From positions 2,192,220 to 2,224,219 of the forward strand of contig NZ_AP028907.1 in NCBI RefSeq assembly GCF_036323395.1: DNA of 32,000 nt. Direction: 5' to 3'. This DNA comes from Pyrodictium abyssi (lineage in GTDB: Archaea > Thermoproteota > Thermoprotei_A > Sulfolobales > Pyrodictiaceae). Position 1 is the stretch's first letter; each line of letters begins with the position of its first letter. The notes below the pieces were generated by a model that was not told the DNA's origin, did not search any database, and saw only the letters and a program-made list of their open reading frames with translations. This document shows positions 8,104-15,434 of this stretch, one piece after another. Both the position numbers and the translations under genes were made by a program.

Positions 8104-9087
8104 ATGTACGTGGCGGTATCCAGGGGCTGGTTGTGGCGCTGTATTTATGTCTGGGCTAGTGTTTTGTCGCATTCTTTCCCGCCGGCTCCGCTGACGGGGG
8201 CTGCTGCCTTGGCCTTGGAGGCTGTGTTCTATGTCGCGCGGGTGGTGTTCCGGCCGCTGCGCCGGGTGGCGTTGACGGCGTGGAGCGGGGTGTACGCGGG
8301 CAGGGCTGTCTATGAGAGCCTCAACCGGGCCGGGATAGTGCTCGACCGGGGTGGATTGTTCCGGGTCTCCCCGGTCTACCCCCTGGGGTCCCGTGCCCCG
8401 GTGGGCGGGTTCCTGGCTCCAGGCGAGCGGTACTGGTTCCGGGCCGTGTTCTGGGGCGCTCCCGGCTCCGCTAGCGGGCAGCAGCTGGCTCGGGGCCTTA
8501 TGGCGGGCCTTGGGCTGTGGACCCGGGAGCTTGTGGTGGAGGAGCTGAGCCTGGAGGAGAGGAGGGCCCGTCTGCCGGACCCCGGCGCGGGGGAGGGCGA
8601 GGCGGATGGCGAGCCGGTGGCGGCGCTGGTGCGGGTGCGGCACGGGCCCACATTCTACCGGTTCCACGGCGCTGTGGTCTCGTATCCTAGCCCCTGGAGG
8701 CTCGTGGCGAGCATCGCGCGGCGGCTGAGCCTGGCCACGGGGATCGACTACCGGCCACTGGCGCGCCGGCTGCAGCCGTGCCTAGAGCTGGCTGTGGACC
8801 GGACGAGGCGGGTGAGGATACGGCTCAGCCACGGTGCGGAGCCGCCGGTGTTCACCGGCGAGGCTCTCTACCACGCTGTGTGCCCCAGGGGCCTGGCCTC
8901 GGCGCTCCAGAGGCTCCTCGAGGCCGGCGTCTACACGGGTGCTGGGGCGAGCCCCGGCCTCGGCCTAGGCGAGATACACGCCGTGGACCTGGGGCCTCCG
9001 CGGCACCGGGCCCCGCCGGCCCTCGAGCCCTGGACCGAGGAGCAGGAGGAGCCCAGCGGCGCCGAAAAGGAGGCCCGGCCAGCATAG
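8104..9087 (+). CDS. cas6: Cas6-like CRISPR RNA endoribonuclease family protein (orphan)
   Basis: C-terminal Gly-rich loop GVYTGAGASPGLGLGEIHAVD, with RFHGAVVSYPSPWRLVASIARRLSLATGID and PPVFTGEALYHAVC as in RAMP/Cas6 C-terminal domains. Start at ATG 8104 rather than 7999. Confidence 0.65.
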   Translation: MYVAVSRGWLWRCIYVWASVLSHSFPPAPLTGAAALALEAVFYVARVVFRPLRRVALTAWSGVYAGRAVYESLNRAGIVLDRGGLFRVSPVYPLGSRAPVGGFLAPGERYWFRAVFWGAPGSASGQQLARGLMAGLGLWTRELVVEELSLEERRARLPDPGAGEGEADGEPVAALVRVRHGPTFYRFHGAVVSYPSPWRLVASIARRLSLATGIDYRPLARRLQPCLELAVDRTRRVRIRLSHGAEPPVFTGEALYHAVCPRGLASALQRLLEAGVYTGAGASPGLGLGEIHAVDLGPPRHRAPPALEPWTEEQEEPSGAEKEARPA

Positions 9088-9372
9088 GTATCTGCTTGGC
9101 CGGGGCTTGTTCTGGCGCTTTGGCGCAGGGTCTATCCCAGCCTGGTAGGCTTTGGGGCGCAGGCGTAGCTCCGCGTCCTGGACACCAGGCTCTAGAGCGG
9201 CGCCATGGCCTGGGGCGGTGCTGCTAGGACCAGGGTCTCCGGCCCTCTCTCGGGCAGGCGGGCGAGCCTCAAGGGAGAAGCCGGGGGACACCCATATAGA
9301 GCACCCTGGCGGCACAGCATTTGATGGTACAGCTCCTTCCCGGTCCATCTCAGCTCGTGTAGTAGGGGCGGG

Positions 9373-9648
9373 GTGCTGCTGGTGACTGCTGTTGCCGTGC
9401 TAGACGCTTTGACCAGGGAGGCTAGGCTGTTGAGGGCTAAGCTAAGAGTCTACGATGCTAGGATACGCGAGCTAGAGGAGAAGCACAGAATGAGCTCTGA
9501 CGAGTTCCTCGCCGGGTTCGAGAGAGGAGAGCTGGGGGACGACGAGGACTACTTCCTCTGGTGGAGCTACCTGAGGGCCAGGGCAACGATAGCTGAGAGG
9601 CTAAAGGAGCTTGAGAAGGAGATACGGAAGCTTCAGGGACTACGCTAG
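9373..9648 (+). CDS. Putative antitoxin partner of TumE-family toxin
   Basis: 91 aa charged coiled-coil-like ORF directly upstream of and overlapping the TumE-family ORF. Confidence 0.55.
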   Translation: MLLVTAVAVLDALTREARLLRAKLRVYDARIRELEEKHRMSSDEFLAGFERGELGDDEDYFLWWSYLRARATIAERLKELEKEIRKLQGLR

Positions 9649-10009
9649 CTGGTTCCACGACGTTATCAGCTCGTTTGGAGAGGCCATTGTAGACTATAGC
9701 ATATCCATCGAGGAGGTTACTCCCTCGGAGGGGCTCATCCGGGGAGTCATAGTGTTCCTCGACGGCTCTAGGCTCCGTTTCCTCGAGTACGTCTCTATCA
9801 CCGGAGGCAACGCGGCCAGGCTCAAGTATAGGTATCACTACGAGGACCCGGATGGCAGGCTGGTCTTCCGCTACGATAATGCGCCGCACCACCCCGAGGT
9901 GGAGACGTTCCCGCACCACAAGCATCTGGGCGACGGCAGGGTAGTCGCATCCATTGCTCCCTCGATAAGGAGCGTCCTGGAGGAGATACTAGACCTCATA
10001 CCGGTCTAG
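9611..10009 (+). CDS. tumE: TumE-family toxin (DUF6516)
   Basis: FLDGSRLRFLEYVS...KYRYHYEDPDGRLVFRYDNAPHHPEVETFPHHKHLGDGRVV matches the family core motif RYDNAPHHP..TFPHHKH. Confidence 0.8.
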   Translation: MRRRYGSFRDYASWFHDVISSFGEAIVDYSISIEEVTPSEGLIRGVIVFLDGSRLRFLEYVSITGGNAARLKYRYHYEDPDGRLVFRYDNAPHHPEVETFPHHKHLGDGRVVASIAPSIRSVLEEILDLIPV

Positions 10010-10072
10010 CGCGGCGCTGGAGACACGGCACTGTGTATTGCCATCCGCGTTCTCTACGCCATGGAGCTGGGT

Positions 10073-11542
10073 TTAGTGTTGTGTTTCTTTCCGTAGTGGT
10101 AGTAGTGCTAGGAGGACTGCTGTGGAGACGGCTAGTGTCCAGAAGGGCGCGGGTAGGCCTAGTAGTAGCGGCTTGGCGAGTGCCTTCACCCCGTAGGCTA
10201 TCGCTGCCGCGGTTGCTAGGGCGGCGCCGGAGGCCATCGAGGCGAGTGCTGCCTGCCAGCGGCCCCGTGCTAGCTCGGGCTTCGCCCACGCGAGGATGGT
10301 GGCGGGCGCGGTGGAGAGGAGTATGGCGGAGGACAGCACGGATAGCGCTACTATGAAGCCTATCCTGGCTAGTGCTAGGGCGCTAGCGGCGGCTATGAGC
10401 ACTGCTACCACGGCTGCTCCGAGGAGTATCTCTGCTCGCTCGCTGGGCCTCCGGGCCCTCGGCGCGTAGAGGTCTCTTACGACGCTGCTCGCCACGCTGA
10501 GCGCTATGGAGTCCGCTGTGGAGACGGCTGCCGCTACTATGCTGGTGAACACTATCGCCGAGAGCAGCGGCGGCGCGTGGGCTAGGAGTGTCGGCGTCAC
10601 GGCGTCTCGGCGCTCTATGGGGGCTAGTAGGCCGGCTTCGCTGAGGCTCCGGGCAAGCAGCCCCGTGAGGGTGACTGCTACTGTGTACGCGAGCCCGAAC
10701 ACGGCGAACCAGACCACCATGCCCCTGAGCGCCTTTGGGCTCCTGGGCATGAAGAGCCGCTGGACCGCCTGGGGGTTCGTGGCGGCGAAGAACATCCATG
10801 GTAGCGTGAAGCCCAGGAATACGCTGGGCTGCCAGAACTCGGTTAGGCCTAGCAGCCCCTTCTCGCCCAGCAGCCTGGTGGCGCCGTCGAAGCCGATGCT
10901 GCCGGCTACCCAGCCTGCTAGCCACGCTAGGAGGAGGGACGCCGAGGCTATCATCCATAGGCCCTGGAGGGCGTCGGTGACGGCTACGCTCCATACACCG
11001 GCTACGAGCGTCCAGGCGATCATCACCGCCGCGCCGAGGGCCACGCCGTAGAGGTAGGCGGCGTCGCTGCCCGCTAGGCCCGCCACGGCCTCGGCTATGC
11101 CCTTGACCTGGGCGCTCATGTAGGGCACGAGGGCGTAGAGGTACACCACCGCTACGGCGGCTGCTAGCTTCTTGGAGCCGTAGAGGTCGCCGAGCATCTC
11201 GGCCGGGCTTATCCACCGCCTCTCCCGGGCCAGGGCCCATACCCTTGGGGCGAAGAGGGAGAGGAGGAGCATCGTGCCCACGAAGTAGACGAGCTCGAAG
11301 CCCAGCGCCCCGGTGCCGGTCGAGTATGCGAACCCTACGAGCCCGACTATCATGAAGGCGCTGTACGTGGTAGCCGCGTAAGTCATCGCTGCCAGGAAGG
11401 TGCCTAGCCGGTAGCCCGCGACGTAGTAGTCCTGGCTACTCCTGACACCGGCCCGCCGCGCAGCCACGGCTAGCAGTGTGCCGACCAGCATGTAGAGCGC
11501 GAGCACGGCTAGGCCAAGGGACACCGCCATCCCGTCGGCCAC
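10073..11542 (-). CDS. Sodium:solute symporter family (SSS) transporter
   Basis: Track ORF 10073..11872 with start trimmed to GTG 11542/ATG 11530 (MAVSLGLAVLALYMLVGTLLAV). SSQDYYVAGYRLGTFLAAMTYAATTYSAFMIVGLVGFAYSTG and the multiple-TM pattern are typical. Confidence 0.85.
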   Translation of the reverse strand: MADGMAVSLGLAVLALYMLVGTLLAVAARRAGVRSSQDYYVAGYRLGTFLAAMTYAATTYSAFMIVGLVGFAYSTGTGALGFELVYFVGTMLLLSLFAPRVWALARERRWISPAEMLGDLYGSKKLAAAVAVVYLYALVPYMSAQVKGIAEAVAGLAGSDAAYLYGVALGAAVMIAWTLVAGVWSVAVTDALQGLWMIASASLLLAWLAGWVAGSIGFDGATRLLGEKGLLGLTEFWQPSVFLGFTLPWMFFAATNPQAVQRLFMPRSPKALRGMVVWFAVFGLAYTVAVTLTGLLARSLSEAGLLAPIERRDAVTPTLLAHAPPLLSAIVFTSIVAAAVSTADSIALSVASSVVRDLYAPRARRPSERAEILLGAAVVAVLIAAASALALARIGFIVALSVLSSAILLSTAPATILAWAKPELARGRWQAALASMASGAALATAAAIAYGVKALAKPLLLGLPAPFWTLAVSTAVLLALLPLRKETQH

Positions 11543-11562
11543 CCCTCCCCTGCTCCCGGGGG

Positions 11563-11772
11563 CTACTGCGCGGGGGCCTCCCCCGCGGTGCGTGCTGCTA
11601 GCCTGGCAAGGGCGTAGGCCGAGTAGGCCGCCGCCACTGCTACCCAGTAGACGTAGAGGCTCCAGTCGCGCGCATCCCCTAGCACCGTGTAGGGCACCAG
11701 GTACATCGCTGCGAGGGCTGCTAGGCCAGCGGCGGCGTCGAGTAGCCAGCCCCCGGGCATGTCCCCATCCAC
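11563..11772 (-). CDS. Small two-TM membrane protein, probable accessory of the symporter
   Basis: 69 aa hydrophobic ORF immediately upstream of the SSS gene; position resembles DUF3311-type subunits. Confidence 0.6.
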   Translation of the reverse strand: MDGDMPGGWLLDAAAGLAALAAMYLVPYTVLGDARDWSLYVYWVAVAAAYSAYALARLAARTAGEAPAQ

Positions 11773-11774
11773 CG

Positions 11775-11788
11775 CGAACAGTTGTTCG
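11775..11788. promoter_or_regulatory. Candidate operator palindrome
   Basis: CGAACA-GT-TGTTCG, perfect 6-2-6 inverted repeat in the divergent intergenic region between the small symporter ORF and the HTH regulator. Confidence 0.45.
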
Positions 11789-11920
11789 GTAAACTAAACC
11801 CCTAAAAACTCGCCGGCGCCACCATCCACGAGGGCCCCAGGCAGGGGGAACCCTTAAGACCAAGGATGCCACCTCTACCTAGTGCCCTCGGTGCACAGCC
11901 ACAAGCGCTAGGCTAGAACC

Positions 11921-12949
11921 ATGGGGGCCGGTAGTAGGGGCTCGCTGAGGCATAGGCTGCTAGGACTAGTCGCAGCCGAGCCCGGGCTCAGCGTATCGGA
12001 GATAGCCGCCAGGCTAGGCGCGTCCAAGAGCACGGTATCGGTGCTCGTCCGGAGGCTCGAGGCCGAGGGGCTCCTACGCCGGGTCCGCCGGGGCTCCATG
12101 GTCCTCGTCTACCCCGCCCAGGGGGCAGCCGGCGGCAGCAGCCCAGCCGGGGCGGAGGCTCGGCGGCTCCGGCTCGGCATAGTGAGGGCGGCCGAGTACC
12201 CCTTCATAGCCCACCTCGCCAAGGCGCTTAGGCACCGCGGCGTAGAGCTAGAGGTAGTGGTCTACGACAACGGGCTAGACGCGTCCTTCGACCTGGTATC
12301 GGGCAGGCTAGACCTGGCGCTCGCGCCGCTGCCAACCCAGGTCCTCTTCTACGCGCTCACGGGGCGGCTCCGCATAATAGGCGGCGGCGCCTACGGCGGA
12401 GCCTACGTCCTCGAGTCCCGGGCCGCCAGGGGCCACACCGCCTACACGACGCGCGCGTCCACGATGGAGCTCTGCCTCAACACCAGCGGCGTAGTGGACT
12501 ACGCCGAGGCCGTGGTCTACGCCGGGGCCGGGCACGGTATAGAGGAGGCCCTGGCCAGGGGCCGGGCACGGTACGCTGCGCTCTGGGAGCCCTACGCCAG
12601 CCAGGCCCTCTCCAGGGGAGACGTCAGAGTAGTCGCGGCCTGCAGCGACCTAGGTGTGGAGAACTGCTGCACACTAGCAGCCAACCCCGACAGGCTAGGC
12701 CCGGAGCAGCGGAGCCTCATAGCCAGGCTGTACAGCGAAGCGCTCGCCGAGTACCAGCGGAGGCCAGACGCCATGCTAGAGTGGTACTCGGGCCTCACCG
12801 GTATACCCGTGGACACGCTACGCCGGGTACAGGCGAGCTACAGGATAGCCCACGAGGTGAACCCGGCCACGGCCGAGAGGATCCTGGAGCGCGCGGGCAT
12901 GAGGATGCCACGGCCAGCCCTCGTCAGGGAAGCAGTAGAGCAGCCATAA
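11921..12949 (+). CDS. One-component regulator: N-terminal MarR/winged HTH fused to NMT1/THI5-like substrate-binding domain
   Basis: RHRLLGLVAAEPGLSVSEIAARLGASKSTVSVLVRRLEAEGLLRRVRRG followed by GIVRAAEYPFIAHLAKAL...GRLDLALAPLPTQVL...LWEPYASQAL. Confidence 0.8.
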   Translation: MGAGSRGSLRHRLLGLVAAEPGLSVSEIAARLGASKSTVSVLVRRLEAEGLLRRVRRGSMVLVYPAQGAAGGSSPAGAEARRLRLGIVRAAEYPFIAHLAKALRHRGVELEVVVYDNGLDASFDLVSGRLDLALAPLPTQVLFYALTGRLRIIGGGAYGGAYVLESRAARGHTAYTTRASTMELCLNTSGVVDYAEAVVYAGAGHGIEEALARGRARYAALWEPYASQALSRGDVRVVAACSDLGVENCCTLAANPDRLGPEQRSLIARLYSEALAEYQRRPDAMLEWYSGLTGIPVDTLRRVQASYRIAHEVNPATAERILERAGMRMPRPALVREAVEQP

Positions 12950-13127
12950 CAGCCCCCGGGCGCGTGATGCCAGGCACGGTGCTCCACCGGGCTATCCCCG
13001 TAGGAACGTGTTGGTGCTACACCCCAGGCCCTGGGTGGTTACAGTTAACAGTAAGCGGTACCCAGTATACCGTGGAAGCAGTGAATACCACGTCTTAGAG
13101 TAGCGAGGGCCACACCAGGGTCCAGCA

Positions 13128-13352
13128 TTGGCGAGAGTAGGTGCTGCCACGAAGCGGGCTACTATCCTACACCGTGTAGAGGCTGAGATAAAAGAAATTC
13201 TAAGACGCTACAATGTGGAGAGTCTCGAGGAACTCGACAAGATGATAGCTCTCGGCGAGATAGACGAGACAGACGCGCTCGACGACCTTATACGGCTCGA
13301 CCATCTGCTATGGCTTCGAGACCAGCTTCGGGGCAAGAGAAGCCGTTCCTAG
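13128..13352 (+). CDS. Small antitoxin-like protein
   Basis: IKEILRRYNVESLEELDKMIALGEIDETDALDDLIRLDHLLWL resembles short antitoxins preceding toxins; convergent with a broken tumE. Confidence 0.4.
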   Translation: MARVGAATKRATILHRVEAEIKEILRRYNVESLEELDKMIALGEIDETDALDDLIRLDHLLWLRDQLRGKRSRS

Positions 13353-13381
13353 CCGGTCCAAGACTGCCAGGGGCCCGGGGA

Positions 13382-13755
13382 TTAGAGGGCACAGTCCCAG
13401 CCATCCCGGGGAGGGCTTCCTGTGAGCTTTCTGCGCACAAAGGCGAAGACCGTGTCGAGTAGCTCCAGGAGAGCATCGATCCGGTATCCACCTACGCCTT
13501 CGGGAGGAGTAAAGTCACATACATCATGGTCTCTACAGTGATGGAAATGATGCGGAAACGTGGAGACACGCTGCCGATGAGCTTCATGCGGGCTATTATC
13601 CCATCGATAGATACACCCATCGACGCCTCGACGGTCCAGTGTATCGCGTACCTTCCCTTCATCCTCTTGGAGAGCCAGACGTACATTGTACTTCCATCAC
13701 GTAGCCTTATCTCTAGCCTCTCTGGCAGCGTTGTCTGACAGACTCCACCACATCG
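13382..13755 (-). pseudogene. Frameshifted TumE-family toxin gene
   Basis: Frame 1: TTLPERLEIRLRDGSTMYVWLSKRMKGRYAIHWTVE. Frame 2: GVDGCIYRWDNSPHEAHRQRVSTFPHHFHH...GGYRIDALLELLDTVFAFVRRK. They are joined by a 1-nt lesion near 13625-13630. Confidence 0.7.
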
Positions 13756-14007
13756 CCATAGCGTTCCCCGACTAGTCTTTCTAGCTTTACAAGCGCCTCT
13801 ATTGCCGCGTATCCTGTATCGCTGCCCTCTGTGCCCGGGTTGTTAGACACTTCCTCCCCCATACTCTGCGTTATTATCTAGCCGGTTTCGGCATAGCCTA
13901 TATAAGGCGTAGGACCTCTTGAGATTTGTAGCTGGAATTGGAGGTTTTCCTTACGCTCGGCTCCATGATTTGCCATATACACGGTACTACTGGGGCTTGA
14001 GCCGTCG

Positions 14008-14060
14008 ATAACCCTGTTATCGTAGTATTGAAAAGGGGACCTCTGGTGGGCCTGGTCCCC
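14008..14060 (+). promoter_or_regulatory. Two tandem hairpins in the leader of the thiamine-type binding protein gene
   Basis: cgataac-cct-gttatcg (14008-14024) and ggggacc-(12 nt)-ggtcccc (about 14037-14062); TATA-like tatataa lies near 13900. Confidence 0.4.
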
Positions 14061-14099
14061 AGGGGTAGCAGGCTCTTTCACGGGGGTGTATGATAGGCC

Positions 14100-15434
14100 T
14101 TGGCGTCTCGTAGCCTATACTTCCTAGTAGGCGTCGCAGTCATAGCGGTGCTCGTCGCCGCCTCCTACATGGCTGTACAGGATAGGAGCGGGGCAAAGCC
14201 AGCAGAGGGACCAGCACCTGCAGCAGCCCCGGCAGCCACGGCTACAACCATGGAGCATGGAGAACACATGGAGGAGAGCACCGAGCACACCGGCGCGGCA
14301 GCGCATACCGCTACGGCCACCGAGACCCGGCATGAATCCGGGCACATGGCCACAGAGGCCGAGACAGAGGCGGAGAAGGAGACCACGACAGCCACCGCCC
14401 AGGCGGGCGGCGGGAAGAAGCTAGTGGTCTACGTCTACGAGGACTTCATGGCGTGGGGCGAGGACCCCGAGCTATTCGACAAGCTCGTGGAGAACTTCAC
14501 CAGGGAGACCGGGATAGTGGTAGAGCTGCGCCGGTTCGACGGAGCCCGCAACATGGTGACCCAGGTTATAGCCGAGAGCCGCGCCGGGATGGAGACAGCC
14601 GACGTAGTGGTAGGCGTGGACCCGGTGCTCCTCGTTGAGCTGAAGAGCCACGGCCTAGTGGAGTGCTACGCCTCGCCGCTCGCCGCCCGGGAGCTCGTGG
14701 AGGCCCTCGACCCCGAGGGCTGCGCCACCCCCGTGGACTACGGGCTGATAGCGCTGGTCTACGACCCGGGCCGGCTGAACGAGACCGAGAAGGCCATGTT
14801 GAGCGACGGCGTCACACTGGACGAGCTTGTCGCGCTAGCGCCGCGGATAGTGGCCGAGGACCCGACGCAGAGCAGCACGGGGCTCAACTTCCTCCTCTAC
14901 ACGATAGCTGTCTCCGAGCTGGAGGACCGGGACTGGCGGGACCTATGGCGGGCCATGAGGGATAACGGCCTCATGGTGGCGCCGAGCTGGGGCGACGCCT
15001 ACGACGAGTTCTTCCGAGAGGGCAGCCCCAGGGCCATAGTGGTCAGCTACGGCACTGACCCCGCCTATAGCGCCTGGTACAACGCCCGAGAGGGCGGAGA
15101 GGAGAAGCCCAGCGTGGCCGCGACAGTGCTCACAGCCGGCGGCGAGAAGATAGGCTGGCTACAGGTGGAAGGCGCGGCTATAATCAAGGGCGCCCCCATG
15201 GAGGAGGCCCGGAGGTTCATCGACTGGCTGCTGAGCCGCGAAGTCCAGGAGGAGATACCGACCAGCCAGTGGATGCTCCCAGCCAGCAGCGACGCAGGGC
15301 TGCCGAGCTTCTACCGCTACGCCCTAAGCGTGGACAGCGTTGATAAGCTCGGGAACACGCTGCTCCCTGGCAGCAGGGTCGCAGGGGAGCTGGAGAAGTG
15401 GCTCCGCGACTGGCTAGGCGTCATGACCGGCTGA
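14100..15434 (+). CDS. Thiamine-type (TbpA/ThiB-like) ABC transporter substrate-binding lipoprotein/TM-anchored protein
   Basis: VYVYEDFMAWGEDPELFDKLVENFTRETGIVVELRRFDGARNMVTQV...ADVVVGVDPVLL...SSTGLNFLLYTIA...W(G)DAYDEFF; N-terminal TM and a His/Glu/Thr-rich linker. Confidence 0.8.
   Translation: MASRSLYFLVGVAVIAVLVAASYMAVQDRSGAKPAEGPAPAAAPAATATTMEHGEHMEESTEHTGAAAHTATATETRHESGHMATEAETEAEKETTTATAQAGGGKKLVVYVYEDFMAWGEDPELFDKLVENFTRETGIVVELRRFDGARNMVTQVIAESRAGMETADVVVGVDPVLLVELKSHGLVECYASPLAARELVEALDPEGCATPVDYGLIALVYDPGRLNETEKAMLSDGVTLDELVALAPRIVAEDPTQSSTGLNFLLYTIAVSELEDRDWRDLWRAMRDNGLMVAPSWGDAYDEFFREGSPRAIVVSYGTDPAYSAWYNAREGGEEKPSVAATVLTAGGEKIGWLQVEGAAIIKGAPMEEARRFIDWLLSREVQEEIPTSQWMLPASSDAGLPSFYRYALSVDSVDKLGNTLLPGSRVAGELEKWLRDWLGVMTG

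Noticed and set aside
8095-9348. Multiple overlapping ORFs (8095-8667, 8351-8548, 8376-8651, 8778-9227, 8852-9085, 8965-9348)
   Set aside because: All overlap or abut the Cas6-like gene in other frames and show typical high-GC artefact composition.
10383-11240. Long minus-strand ORF 285 aa inside the symporter gene
   Set aside because: Antisense/alternate-frame shadow of the SSS transporter in GC-rich DNA; R/P/G-rich composition with no recognisable motif.
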